Position numbers and translations under genes: made by a program
Shown: piece by piece, positions 33,436 to 43,751 of the stretch
How the letters are laid out: each line of letters begins with the position of its first letter
Numbering within the stretch: the stretch's first letter is position 1
Source: an uncultured Acidimicrobiaceae bacterium
Lineage (GTDB): Bacteria > Actinomycetota > Acidimicrobiia > Acidimicrobiales > UBA8190
NCBI GenBank assembly: GCA_963848355.1
Contig: CAWKDG010000001.1
Coordinates: 413,243-477,242, forward strand
Direction: 5' to 3'
DNA length: 64,000 bases
Notes under the pieces: model-generated
The model's database searches: none
The model's input: the letters and a program-made list of their open reading frames with translations, nothing else
Told to the model about the DNA's origin: nothing

Positions 33436-35172
33436 CTACGTCCGGGCCGTCGCGGTGCGGGCCGCCACCCGGGGCCGACGGTGGCGGGAACCGAGGGCGT
33501 CGTAGCGCTCGGCGGCGTCGGCCAACTCCGGGTCGGCCGCCGCCACCCGGCCGAAGAGCTCGCGCGCGTGGGCGGTGTCGCCGGCGCGCTCGTAGAGATC
33601 GGCCAGGACGTACCACTGGCGGAGATGGCGGTCGCTCGGATGACGGAGGTTGCGGGCGGCACCGGCCGACGCCAGGACCTCGACGGCGGCATTCAGCTTC
33701 CGCTGGTCGGCCAGATCGGAGGCGAGGACCATCCGGCCCTCGGCCAGGATGTCGGGCGACGGGGAGGCGGCCCGCAATTCCTCCCACAGCGCCGCCACCC
33801 GGCGGTGACGGTGCAGGGCGCGGTGACAGTCCATCATCACCGGGAGCTGGCTCGGGTCGTCGTCGTCCAGCCGGCGGGCGGCCTCGAGGTGACCGATGGC
33901 CTGCGTCCAGCGCCCGAGGCGGTAACAGACGAGGCCGTGGAGCTCGCGGGCGGCGGCCGACTCGGGGACCTGGTCGACGAGGCTCTTCGTGATCCGGAAG
34001 GCCTCGGTGTACCGGTCGCGCTCGTACGCACGCGCCGCCGCCGCCATCCGCTCGCCCAGCCTCGTCGCGTTGTCGCGCCCGACCGCGGCCGCCAATTCGT
34101 TCACCACTTCGGAGGGAAGCGCCGCCTCCTTCGACGCGGGCCGCGCCGTGCGGGTCCCGGAGCCGGACGCCGTCGTGTCCTCTCCGGCCCGGGCCGACGC
34201 GGCCCCCCGGCCACGACCCCGACGCGGCGTCTCGTCGACGACGGCCTCGAAAACCCAGACCTCGTCGGGTTTCACCTGGCGCGGGCCCGACGAGGGCCGC
34301 CCGCGCTTCGGCTCCCGCTCGCGTCCGGCGGACTCCGCCGCCGTCTCGCCGAGCACCCGCGCCCCCTTACGGGCCACGCTCCCCCATCGCCGCAGAGCCG
34401 GGGCGACCGGCGGCGGTCCCCCCACCGGCTTCCGGCTCGCCGCCGTCGGCTTCCGGGTCGGGGCCGCCGGCTTCCGGGTGGCGCTCGTCGGTTTCCGAGG
34501 ACGGGGGATGTCCCGCTCCCCGCTGCGCCCGACCGGCGGCCGACCGGCGGAGGAGCGGGCTCCCGACGAACGGGGTGGGCCGGAACGGGACGGGGCAGGA
34601 CGACCGGTCGTGGGGCGACCGGTCGTGGGGCGGGCCGACGTGGGTCGCCCCGCGGTCGAACGGGCTGTGGGCGGCCGCGCCCTGGGTGGACGGCCGGTGG
34701 GGGGACGGCCGGTACCGTCGCTTCCCGGTCGGTCGGAGCGAACGGGTCCTCTGGGCACGCCGTGACCTCGGGCGGCCGAAGGGCGTGTCGGGGTCCTCTG
34801 GGATCCTGAGCGTCCCCGGCCCTGGTCAGGACGTCCGGCGCCACCTGTTCCGTCGGAACGGCGAGCCGGGACGCGTGACCCCGAGGCCGGCCCCGATGGC
34901 CGTCCCGGAGCGCGAGGAGGCCCGCTTCCCGACGCCGCCGGCGGACCCGGTCGCCCCGTGGCACGCCGGCCGCCGGCGTCGCCGCGCTTTCGAGCCGCAG
35001 AACCGCCCGCACCCTGGGATCGCGCCCCGGGCGAGGGGCGGCCCATCTTCCGGTCGGGCGCCGGACGCTGGGGACGGCGTGACGCATCGTCCCTCGGCAT
35101 TCGGAGAAGTGTACCGAGTCCACCATCTCGTTCCGTCGTCGGACGGGCACGGGACCGGGTGGGGATCATCAA
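33436..35172 (-). CDS. Protein with an Arg/Pro/Gly-rich repetitive N-terminal half and a TPR-like C-terminal half
   Basis: The C-terminal ~230 aa is helical-repeat-like (…[22 protein letters not shown]…[23 protein letters not shown]…). The N-terminus contains [12 protein letters not shown] and [18 protein letters not shown] repeats. The start is uncertain (35172 or MPRDD near 35100). Confidence 0.5.
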   Translation of the reverse strand: MMIPTRSRARPTTERDGGLGTLLRMPRDDASRRPQRPAPDRKMGRPSPGARSQGAGGSAARKRGDAGGRRATGRPGPPAASGSGPPRAPGRPSGPASGSRVPARRSDGTGGAGRPDQGRGRSGSQRTPTRPSAARGHGVPRGPVRSDRPGSDGTGRPPTGRPPRARPPTARSTAGRPTSARPTTGRPTTGRPAPSRSGPPRSSGARSSAGRPPVGRSGERDIPRPRKPTSATRKPAAPTRKPTAASRKPVGGPPPVAPALRRWGSVARKGARVLGETAAESAGREREPKRGRPSSGPRQVKPDEVWVFEAVVDETPRRGRGRGAASARAGEDTTASGSGTRTARPASKEAALPSEVVNELAAAVGRDNATRLGERMAAAARAYERDRYTEAFRITKSLVDQVPESAAARELHGLVCYRLGRWTQAIGHLEAARRLDDDDPSQLPVMMDCHRALHRHRRVAALWEELRAASPSPDILAEGRMVLASDLADQRKLNAAVEVLASAGAARNLRHPSDRHLRQWYVLADLYERAGDTAHARELFGRVAAADPELADAAERYDALGSRHRRPRVAARTATART

Positions 35173-35224
35173 TCTTGACGAAACTTTATTGGCCTCTGAC
35201 CGGGATCAGCGCGAAGATCTCCGC

Positions 35225-35240
35225 GAAACGTTAACGTTTC
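35225..35240. promoter_or_regulatory. Perfect 16-bp palindrome GAAACGTTAACGTTTC, candidate operator upstream of the ABC transporter operon
   Basis: Self-complementary sequence read directly. It sits in the relatively AT-rich 120-bp intergenic region, 52 bp upstream of the SBP start. Confidence 0.4.
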
Positions 35241-35292
35241 CGTCACGTTCGGTGGAGACGCCAACGGACACCCGACTAGAAGGGGGTAAGAC

Positions 35293-37188
35293 GTGCGGCG
35301 AATTAGGACGTTGGTCACGATCGCACTCAGCGTGGGGATCGCAGCCGTCCTCTTGGCGGCATGCTCTTCATCGAGCTCGCCATCGGCCTCCAATACCAGT
35401 GGGACCAAGATCCAGGGCGGCACCGTGACCTGGGCCGAACCGCCTTCGGCAGTGCCCAACTACATCTTCCCCTTCATGAGCCTGGCCTTCTTCAGCGTCA
35501 CCAACCTCAGCCAGTTCCAGCAGCTCATGTACCGCCCGCTCTACTGGTTCGGGAACAACGGCACCGCCTCGATCCAACCGTCCCTGTCGTTGGCACAGAA
35601 TCCCGTCTACTCGAACAACAACCAGACCGTCGTCATCAAGCTGAAGGACTACAAGTGGTCCAACGGTGAGAAGGTCACGGCCACGGACGTCATGTTCTGG
35701 ATGAACATGATGCACGCCGAGAAGGCCAACTGGGCCGCCTACGCTCCGGGCACGATCCCCGACAACATCAAGAGCATCACGGTCAACAGCCCAACGGAGC
35801 TCACGTTCCAGATGACGGGGTCGTACAACCCGTTCTGGTTGACCTACAACCAGTTCTCGCAGATCACTCCGTTGCCGGTGGCCTGGGACATCACGTCGAC
35901 AGGTGCCGCACCCGGATCGGGTGGTTGCTCCAGCGCCGCCTACGGCACCGCTGACACGGCCTGCAGCGCCGTCTACACCTTCCTGTCGAAGCAGGCCGGT
36001 TACGACCCGGCCAACCCGTCGGGCACCAACAACTCGCTGTCGACCTACGCCACCAACCCCCTGTGGCAGATCGTCGACGGGCCCTGGCACCTGACCAACT
36101 TCGACGCCTCGGGCGACGTCACCATGGTGCCCAACGCCTCGTACTCGGGCCCGGTCAAGCCGACCATCGCCGTCTTCAAGGAGGTGCCGTTCACCTCCGA
36201 CTCGGCCGAGTTCAACTCGCTGGTCGCCGGGAACCTCGATTTCGGATACCTGCCCACCCAGGACATCACGGCCCCGGCCAAGAGTCCGCTCGTCTCCGGG
36301 GCCAACAACCCCCGACTGAGCGACTTCAGCCTGGATCCGCTGTACCTGTACGGCATCAACTACTTCCCGTACAACTTCACGTCCACCGGGGACGACGGCA
36401 ATGCGGGGGCGATCTTCTCCCAGCTCTATGTCCGCCAGGCCTTCCAGTACCTGGTCGACCAGCCGTTGTTCAACAACAAGGTGTTCAAGGGCTACGCGGT
36501 ACCGACCTACGGGCCGGTTCCGATCCTCCCGCCCACCTACGCCGACTCGGCGGAATCGAGCAACCCCTACCCCTACAGCGTGGCCAAGGCCAAGGCTGCG
36601 CTCACGAGCCACGGCTGGACCGTCGTGCCCAACGGCACCTCGACCTGCACGGACCCGGGGACGGGCGCCAACCAGTGCGGCAAGAACATTCCCAAGGGCG
36701 CCGCTCTGAACTTCAACCTCCAGTACGCCACGGGGACGACGTGGATCACTGAGCTGATGACCACTGAGAAGTCGTCATGGGCTCAGGTGGGGATCAACAT
36801 CACCCTGAGCTCGGCGTCCTTCGACACCGTGTTGGGCATCGCCGTTCCCTGTTCCGGTTCCGCCTGCACCTGGGAACTCCAGGACTGGGGCGGCGGCTGG
36901 GAGTTCTCCCCCGACTACTACCCGACCGGGGAGGAGATCTTCTCCACCGGTGCCGGGTCGAACTCGGGGAGCTACTCGAACACCACCAACGACGCCAACA
37001 CCAAGGCGACCAACGACACCGACACCAACCTCGACACCTACCAGAACTTCCTGGCCAAGGACCTGCCGGTCATCTGGCAGCCCAACCCGGCGTACGAGAT
37101 GTCGGAGATCAGCAACAAGCTCCACGGCGCCACCCCGCAGAACGTCTTCGGCTACCTGACCCCGGAGAACTGGTACCTCACCAAGTAA
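35293..37188 (+). CDS. ABC transporter substrate-binding lipoprotein, peptide/nickel (family 5) type
   Basis: 631 aa with lipobox AAVLLAAC|SSS and family-5 SBP-like length and motifs. Followed by two permease genes. Confidence 0.85.
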   Translation: MRRIRTLVTIALSVGIAAVLLAACSSSSSPSASNTSGTKIQGGTVTWAEPPSAVPNYIFPFMSLAFFSVTNLSQFQQLMYRPLYWFGNNGTASIQPSLSLAQNPVYSNNNQTVVIKLKDYKWSNGEKVTATDVMFWMNMMHAEKANWAAYAPGTIPDNIKSITVNSPTELTFQMTGSYNPFWLTYNQFSQITPLPVAWDITSTGAAPGSGGCSSAAYGTADTACSAVYTFLSKQAGYDPANPSGTNNSLSTYATNPLWQIVDGPWHLTNFDASGDVTMVPNASYSGPVKPTIAVFKEVPFTSDSAEFNSLVAGNLDFGYLPTQDITAPAKSPLVSGANNPRLSDFSLDPLYLYGINYFPYNFTSTGDDGNAGAIFSQLYVRQAFQYLVDQPLFNNKVFKGYAVPTYGPVPILPPTYADSAESSNPYPYSVAKAKAALTSHGWTVVPNGTSTCTDPGTGANQCGKNIPKGAALNFNLQYATGTTWITELMTTEKSSWAQVGINITLSSASFDTVLGIAVPCSGSACTWELQDWGGGWEFSPDYYPTGEEIFSTGAGSNSGSYSNTTNDANTKATNDTDTNLDTYQNFLAKDLPVIWQPNPAYEMSEISNKLHGATPQNVFGYLTPENWYLTK

Positions 37189-37215
37189 CGTCGAGCGTGT
37201 GAAGATCCGGTAGTG

Positions 37216-37268
37216 CAGAACCGCCCCGACATGAGCCCAGCGGCCATGTCGGGGCGGTTCTGTTTCCC
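37216..37268 (+). terminator. Intrinsic terminator / attenuator hairpin between the SBP and permease genes
   Basis: Perfect 18-bp stem cagaaccgccccgacatg (37216-33) / catgtcggggcggttctg (37245-62), an 11-nt loop, then TTT. Confidence 0.6.
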
Positions 37269-37292
37269 GAGGACCCCGGGGGGGGTGACGCG

Positions 37293-38246
37293 GTGATCGG
37301 CTTTCTGATCCGGAGGGTCGTCCAAGCCATCATCGTCATCTTCTTCGTCCTGCTGATCGTCTTCCTCTTGACGCAGGTCATCCCGGGAGGAGAGGCGCGG
37401 GCCGTCCTCGGCACCAAGGCCACACCGGCGAAGATCCACCAGTTCAACGTCCTGAACGGGTTCACCCTGCCGATCTGGGACCAGTTCTACCAATACCTCC
37501 TGCGCCTCATCGTCCACCAGGATCTCGGCTACTCGTACTCCTACAACCAGACGGTGTCGGCGCTCATCTCCGACAAGCTCCCGAAGACCCTCGTCCTCGT
37601 CGGCTTCTCGACCATCCTGGCCCTGGTCGTCTCGATCCCCCTCGGAATCCTCCAGGTCGTCCGGCGCAACAAGCCCGTCGACTATGTCCTCACCGGCCTG
37701 TCCTTCATCTTCTACGCCATGCCCGCATTCCTGCTCGGGACGCTGCTGATCCTGTACTTCGCCATCGACCAGCACTGGTTCCCGGTGGGCTTCTCCCAGA
37801 GCCAGACGGTGGGGAACATCATCAGCGACCCCCGGGGTCTGGTGCTTCCGGAGATCACGTTGGCGGCGCTCACGATCGCCTCGTTCAGCCGCTACATGCG
37901 GTCATCGATGATGGAGGCCATGACCGAGGACTACATCCGCACGGCCCGGGCCAAGGGGGCCGCCCCCCGCCGCGTCCTCTACATCCACGCGCTCCGCAAC
38001 GCCCTCATCCCCATCCTCACCCTCCTCGGCCTGTCCATCCCCGCCATCGTGAGCGGAGCCCTGATCACCGAGACCGTGTTCAACTACCCGGGCATGGGAT
38101 TCCTCACCACCGAAGCGGCCTTCAAGACCGATATCCCCGTTCTGCTCGGAACGACTCTCGTGGCCACCATCGCCACCGTCGTCGGGTCCCTCCTGGCCGA
38201 CGTCCTCTACGCCATCGCCGACCCGCGGATCCGCTATGCCCGGTGA
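37293..38246 (+). CDS. ABC transporter permease (DppB/OppB-like)
   Basis: 317 aa. MIGFLIRRVVQAIIVIFFV…, the typical N-terminus and EAA-loop region of binding-protein-dependent permeases. Confidence 0.9.
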   Translation: MIGFLIRRVVQAIIVIFFVLLIVFLLTQVIPGGEARAVLGTKATPAKIHQFNVLNGFTLPIWDQFYQYLLRLIVHQDLGYSYSYNQTVSALISDKLPKTLVLVGFSTILALVVSIPLGILQVVRRNKPVDYVLTGLSFIFYAMPAFLLGTLLILYFAIDQHWFPVGFSQSQTVGNIISDPRGLVLPEITLAALTIASFSRYMRSSMMEAMTEDYIRTARAKGAAPRRVLYIHALRNALIPILTLLGLSIPAIVSGALITETVFNYPGMGFLTTEAAFKTDIPVLLGTTLVATIATVVGSLLADVLYAIADPRIRYAR

Positions 38247-39273
38247 CGTGATGCCCGGTGGGCAAGAGATGCATGACGCAGGAGCGGTCCCGCTCTCCGG
38301 AGCCGCCGCCGCCGAGGTGGCCATGCCGGGGGTCGCCCTTCCCGTCACCGAGCCCCCGCTCTCGACGGCCGGTCCCGAAGGTGGTGACGTCGCCACCTCG
38401 GGCGGGGGCCTGCGGCAGATCGCCCGGGTCTTCATCGAGAACAAGCTGGCCGTGATCGGACTGGCCATCATCATCTTCATGGTGCTCTTCTGTTTCGTGG
38501 GGCCGCTGCTGTACCACACCAATCAGGTGAATGGTCAGCAGGCATTGTCGTCGACGAGCCAGAGCAGCTTCTGCCCACCCTGCGCGCCCGGCAAGGGGCA
38601 TCCCCTGGGTACCGACCCGTACGGCTTCGACATCCTGGGACGCCTGATGTTCGGTGGGAAGAATTCGCTCATCGTGGGCTTCGTCGCCGCCGCCGCCGCC
38701 ACCCTCTTCGGCGTCGTCTACGGCGCCGTCTCCGGATTCGTCGGGGGCTGGGTCGACGCCCTCATGATGCGGATCATCGACATCCTCCTCTCCATCCCCC
38801 AGCTCTTCCTGCTCATCGTCCTGGCCGTCATCTTCCACCCGTCACTGCACATCCTCATCGAGGTCATCGCCGTCGTGGCCTGGCTCGTCCCCGGACGACT
38901 CATCCGGGGAGAGACGCTGACCCTGCGCGTCCGCGAATACGTGCAGGCCGTGCGGGTGATGGGGGGCAGCCGCAGCCGTATCGTCTTCCGCCACATCATC
39001 CCCAACACGGTGGGCACCATCGTGGTGAACGCCACCTTCCAGGTGGCCGACGCCATCCTGCTGCTCGCCGCGCTGGGCTTCCTCGGGCTCGGGCTGCCCG
39101 CCCCCCAGACGGACTGGGGGGCCATGCTCAACAACGGGGTGGAGTACGCCACCGGCGGGTACTGGTGGCTCATCTACCCGGCCGGGTTCTGCATCGTGAT
39201 CGTCGTGGTGGCCTTCAACTTCGTCGGCGACGCACTACGCGACTCGCTCGAGGTGCGGCTCCAGCAGCGGTAG
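38236..39273 (+). CDS. ABC transporter permease (DppC/OppC-like)
   Basis: 345 aa with an extended N-terminus, then LAVIGLAIIIFMVLF…, MRIIDILLSIPQLFLLIVL. Confidence 0.85.
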   Translation: MPGDVMPGGQEMHDAGAVPLSGAAAAEVAMPGVALPVTEPPLSTAGPEGGDVATSGGGLRQIARVFIENKLAVIGLAIIIFMVLFCFVGPLLYHTNQVNGQQALSSTSQSSFCPPCAPGKGHPLGTDPYGFDILGRLMFGGKNSLIVGFVAAAAATLFGVVYGAVSGFVGGWVDALMMRIIDILLSIPQLFLLIVLAVIFHPSLHILIEVIAVVAWLVPGRLIRGETLTLRVREYVQAVRVMGGSRSRIVFRHIIPNTVGTIVVNATFQVADAILLLAALGFLGLGLPAPQTDWGAMLNNGVEYATGGYWWLIYPAGFCIVIVVVAFNFVGDALRDSLEVRLQQR

Positions 39274-39287
39274 CCGCCCGGCGACGG

Positions 39288-41407
39288 TCAGGAAGCAGCG
39301 GCCCCCACCGTGTCCACCGGCGTCGGAGCCACCGGCGTCTGCAACGGGAAGTGACAGGCGGCGAAGTGCCGGGTCCCGAAAGGCCGCAGCGGGGGTTCCT
39401 CGACGGCGCAGACCTCCTGGACGAACGGGCAGCGGGTCCGGAACCGACATCCTGACGGCGGTTGCATGGCCGAGGGAAGCTCCCCTTGGATGTGTCGTCC
39501 CGCGAGGCCCGGGCCAGTGCCGGGTCCGGCTCGGGGATGGTGTCGATGAGGGCCCTCGTGTACGGATGGGCCGCCTTGGTGTAGATGTCGATGGCCGGAC
39601 CCACCTCGACGAGCTTGCCCAGGTACATGACCCCGATCGTGTCGGCCATGTACTTCACCACGGCGAGGTCGTGGGAGATGAAGATGTAGGTGAGGTGCCG
39701 GCGCTGCTGGAGCTCCTTCAAGAGGTTGAGGATCTGCGCCTGGATGGAGACGTCGAGGGCGGAGACGGGCTCATCGGCCACGATCAGCTTGGGGTCGAGG
39801 GCCAGCGCCCGGGCCAGGCCGATCCGTTGCCGCTGGCCGCCCGAGAACTCGTGGGGGTAGAGGTCGAGCGCCTTGGCCGAGAGGCCCACCTCGCCCATGA
39901 GGCTGCGGACCCGCTCGTCACGTTCGTGCGATGTCCCGATGTTCTGGACGACCAGGGGTTCCTTCAGGATGGACCCGACACGCATGCGGGGGTCGAGTGA
40001 CGCGTAAGGGTCCTGGAACATGAGCTGCATGTCCCGACGGCGGGTGCGCAGGGCACGGGCGTGGAGATGGGTGATGTCATCGGCCTCGAAGGTGATGCTC
40101 CCGGAATTGGCCTTCTCGAGGGCGACCACGAGCCTCCCCATGGTGGTCTTTCCGCAGCCGGACTCCCCGACCAGGCCGAACGTCTCACCCCGGCGCACGG
40201 AGAAGCTCACGTCGGACACGGCCTTCACGCTCCCGATGCGTCGCTGGATGACGGCCCCCGAGGTGACGGGGAACTCCTTCACCAGCCTCGAGACCTGGAG
40301 GATCACCGGTTGTTGGACGAGCTCGTCGGCCCGCGTCCGTTGCCGGGCGGCCGAGAGCTCGTCGGCGGTGACGGTGACGTCGGCCGACTTCGCCACCGCC
40401 TCCGGTCGCTTGGCCATCGTGGCCTCGTCCACACCGACCTGGTGGAAGCAGGCGGCCAGGTGCCCGGGCTCGGATTCACCGGCACGGACGAGCTCGGGCT
40501 CGTGGGTGGTGCAGTCGTCCTGGGCGTAGAGGCAGCGGGGGGCGAACCGGCACTGGTCGATGGGCTGCGACAGGTCGGGGGGCAGGCCGGGAATGCTGAT
40601 GAGGCGGATCGACGAGTCCTGCTCGAGCTTGGGCACCGAGGCCAGCAGCGCCTCCGAATAGGGATGGCGCATCCGGGTGAAGAGCTCACCGGTGGTCGAG
40701 GTCTCGATGATCTTGCCGGCGTACATGACGAGAACGCGATCCGCCCGTCCGGCGATCACCCCCATGTCGTGGGTGATCAACATGATGGCCATGCCCAGAC
40801 GCTCCCGGAGGTCGTCCAGGAGATCGAGGATCTGGGCCTGGATGGTGACGTCCAGGGCCGTGGTCGGCTCGTCGGCGACCAGCATCTTCGGCTCGCAGGC
40901 GAGAGCCATGGCGATCATCACCCGCTGGCGCAGTCCCCCCGACAACTGATGCGGGAATGCGTTCAGGCGCTCTTGGGGCCGAGGCATGTCCACCAGGGAG
41001 AGGACCTCCAGGGCGCGCGTCCTGGCCTCCGCCTTGGAGGCGTGACGGTGCAGCCGGACGCTTTCGGAGATCTGCCGGCCGATCGTCATGGTGGGGTTCA
41101 ACGAGGTGAGGGGATCCTGGAAGATCATGCCCACGTCGTTGCCCCGGATCTTGCACATCTCCTTCTCGCCGAGCGGGACGATGTCGCGACCGAGCAGGGT
41201 GATCTTGCCGCCGGCGATGTGACCCACGTTGGGCAGGAGCTTCATGATCGACAGGCCGGTGGTGGTCTTCCCGCAGCCGGACTCGCCGACGACGCCGACG
41301 CACTCCCCCTCGTCCACATGGAAGGACACGTCGTCGACGGCGGTGACGTTCGAACGACGCAGGTGGAACTCGGTCCGCAGGCCCTCCACCTCGAGCACTG
41401 CGGTCAT
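39288..41407 (-). pseudogene. Fused double ABC ATPase (DppD-DppF-like), C-terminal frame broken once
   Basis: ATG 41407 MTAVLEVEGL, with two Walker A sites (GESGCGKTT x2) and two LSGG signatures. After …RDDTSKG the listed frame becomes Arg-rich nonsense. The adjacent frame reads the canonical ELPSAMQPPSGCRFRTRCPFVQEVC…HFAACHF tail ending at TGA 39288. The break is at the C4 run 39482-39485. Confidence 0.8.
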
Positions 41408-41516
41408 CGATCGTGCCCTCGTCCGGTCGCTGACGGTGCCGTCGGTCGCATGGATCAACGCTAGCCCTGGACCGAAGACGCGCGCCGCCATCCGACCCGG
41501 TGGCGCCGGAGCGGGC

Positions 41517-43403
41517 TCACGACACCCGGACCCAATCCTCGGGGGTGAGGGCCCCGAACACGTTCTGGGGTGTCACTCCCCGGAGGTCGTCCTTGATCTC
41601 GGTGAGCGAGGCGGCGGGAACCGGTTCGAAGATGACGGGCAGCTGCGTGGCCAGATAGTCGGAATAGGGTCCGAGGGCGCCGGTGGTGGTCAGGGTCTGC
41701 GCGATGTTGGCGTCGTCGGAGAAGCTGGCATAGCCCCCGTCGTTCGTCGCCGCCCCCGTGGTGAAGATCTCTTCGCCGCTCGGGTAGACGTCGGGGTCGA
41801 AGGTCCAACCCGTGCCCCAGTCCTCGAGCTCCCAGGTGCACCCCGCTCCTCCCACGCACGGGGCGGCGTCATCGACAACGGCTTCCGGGGATGCCGAGCT
41901 CATGGTCACGTCGATCCCGGCCTTTCCCCACGACGCCTTCTGCACCGCCAACACGCCCTTCAACCATTCCGTGCCCGTGGCGTACTGCAAGGTGAAATCG
42001 AGCCGGGCGCCGGCCGGGATCCAGGCGCCGCAATCCCCCGTCGCCGTCCCCGGTCGGACGCAGGTGGAGGCGCCGCCGGGATCGACCGACCATCCGTTCT
42101 CATTGAGAATGGCGATGGCCCGGGCCGGGTCGTAGGGGTAGGGGTTCCGGCGTGCCACCCCCGCGCCGAAGGGATTCGCCGGCTCCAGAGGGACGGGACC
42201 GATCGTCGGCACCCCGTAGCCCTTCAGGGCTTTCTCGATCACTTCGGGCTGATCGACCAACAGCTGCATCGCCTGGCGGAAGTACAACTGGGAGAAGATC
42301 TTCCCCGCCACCTTGTCGTCGCCCGTGGAGTTGAAGTTGTAGGGGATGTAGTCGATGGCCCACGGGTAGACCGGGGAGATGCTGAAGCCGGCCGGGTGCG
42401 CCGTACCGGGAGCGGTCCGCTCGGGTTGCGACGTCGCCTTGGAGAGATCTGCCAGGGGCAGGTAGCCGACGTCGACACCTCCGGCGTCCACCGCACTCTG
42501 CTCGGCGCTCGCACTCCTGAACGGAAGCTCCACGAAGCGGGCCAACGTCGACGCACGCGGTCCCGAGTACGAGGGGTTGCGCTCCATGGTGACGGTCCCC
42601 GCCGAGGTGAGTGACGCCAGGTGCCACGGCCCGTCCACCACCTGCCAGAGTTTGTTCGATCCGTAGCTCGCCGCCGCCGTGTTGGTCCCGGCCGGGTCGC
42701 CGGAATTGACTCCGGCCTGCTGGGCCAGGAAGTTGTAGACGGCGTCACAAGCCAGGTCGAGGCGTCCATAGGCAGCCCCCGAGCAGTGCCCAGATCCCGG
42801 TGCCCCTCCCGCGTGGGTAACGTCCCAGGCCACCGGTAACGGGGTGATCTGCGACAGCTCGTTGTACGTGAACCACTGCGGGTTGTAGGCCTTGGTCAAG
42901 GTGAACGTCAGTTGCGACGCGCTGTCGGCGACGACGTCGAAGACGTTGTCGGGAAAGGCGCCGGGGACGTAGCCGGCCCAGTTGGCCTTCTCGGCGTGGA
43001 GCATGTTCATCCAGAAGATCACGTCGGTGGCGTCGAGCGATTCGCCGTTTGACCACTTGTACGGCTTCAGCGTGATGGTGACGGTGTTCCCGGGTCCGTA
43101 GACGGGAGGGTCCGCCAGCGACAGGGATTCGTTCAGATCCGGCGTCGAGCCCGTCCCCATCCAGTACAGGGGCCGGTACATCAGGTCCTGGAACTGCTCC
43201 ACGTTGGCCGTGGTGAAGTCCCGGGCCGGCATGAAGGGGAAGATGAAGTCCGGCGGCAATCCCGGTGCTTCGGCCCAGGAGGCCGTTCCCCCGCTGACCG
43301 TTTTCGATCCCGCCGCCAGCGCCGGCGACGTGGCTGTGGCGCCGTAGCCGACCGCCAGCAGGCCGACGACACACAGAGCCGCCACTGCGCGGTACCGGTG
43401 CAC
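41517..43403 (-). CDS. ABC transporter substrate-binding protein, family 5, paralog of 35293..37188
   Basis: 628 aa with a signal peptide. Shares blocks with the other SBP (GGT.SWAE.P…FIFPFM…MYRPLYW…KWSNGE…DV.FWMNM.HAEKANWA.Y). Confidence 0.85.
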   Translation of the reverse strand: MHRYRAVAALCVVGLLAVGYGATATSPALAAGSKTVSGGTASWAEAPGLPPDFIFPFMPARDFTTANVEQFQDLMYRPLYWMGTGSTPDLNESLSLADPPVYGPGNTVTITLKPYKWSNGESLDATDVIFWMNMLHAEKANWAGYVPGAFPDNVFDVVADSASQLTFTLTKAYNPQWFTYNELSQITPLPVAWDVTHAGGAPGSGHCSGAAYGRLDLACDAVYNFLAQQAGVNSGDPAGTNTAAASYGSNKLWQVVDGPWHLASLTSAGTVTMERNPSYSGPRASTLARFVELPFRSASAEQSAVDAGGVDVGYLPLADLSKATSQPERTAPGTAHPAGFSISPVYPWAIDYIPYNFNSTGDDKVAGKIFSQLYFRQAMQLLVDQPEVIEKALKGYGVPTIGPVPLEPANPFGAGVARRNPYPYDPARAIAILNENGWSVDPGGASTCVRPGTATGDCGAWIPAGARLDFTLQYATGTEWLKGVLAVQKASWGKAGIDVTMSSASPEAVVDDAAPCVGGAGCTWELEDWGTGWTFDPDVYPSGEEIFTTGAATNDGGYASFSDDANIAQTLTTTGALGPYSDYLATQLPVIFEPVPAASLTEIKDDLRGVTPQNVFGALTPEDWVRVS

Positions 43404-43522
43404 CAGGCGACCCCTTCGTACTCCCGTGTTCCCACCCGCTCCGTCGTCGAGCCGGATCAGATCCCGACGCTCGACAACCGAGCAGGTGACGCGCCGTCTT
43501 GTCCGGCACGCTTTTCTAGAAA

Positions 43523-43642
43523 TTCCGGCGACGTCCTACTCTCCCAGGGGGATGCCCCCCAAGTACCATCGGCGCTGGCGAGCTTAACTGCCGTGTTCGG
43601 AATGGGAACGGGTGTGGCCCCGCCGCCATGGTCACCGGAAAC
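43523..43642 (-). rRNA. rrf: 5S rRNA
   Basis: The reverse complement reads GTTTCCGGTGACCATGGCGG…CCCATTCCGAACACGG…GCCGATGGTACT…GGGAGAGTAGGACGTCGCCGGAAT, about 120 nt. Confidence 0.9.
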
Positions 43643-43732
43643 CTTGCTCCGGGCGGACCGTGACCCCGCCGACAACAGCCGACGATCATCCGGTCCGCCC
43701 TCGAGCGGCCCTGCGGCCGTCCGTTGAGCGTT

Positions 43733-43751
43733 CCATAGCGAGCACGAGCAT
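43733..43751 (-). other. 3' half of the 23S processing stem (pairs with 48568..48586)
   Basis: ccatagcgagcacgagcat is the exact reverse complement of atgctcgtgctcgctatgg at 48568-48586. This flanking-stem arrangement is typical of RNase III processing. Confidence 0.7.

Noticed and set aside
39215-39290. Overlap of the ATPase ORF tail with the permease gene as a genuine antisense-overlapping coding region
   Set aside because: The overlap disappears once the 1-nt frame break at 39482-85 is repaired. The conserved tail then ends at 39288.
43487-43522. Intrinsic terminator just past the 5S
   Set aside because: An imperfect hairpin (ACGCGCCG…CGGCACGC) exists, but the T tract is on the wrong (+) strand relative to rrn transcription, and the stem has a mismatch. 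This is too weak to call.
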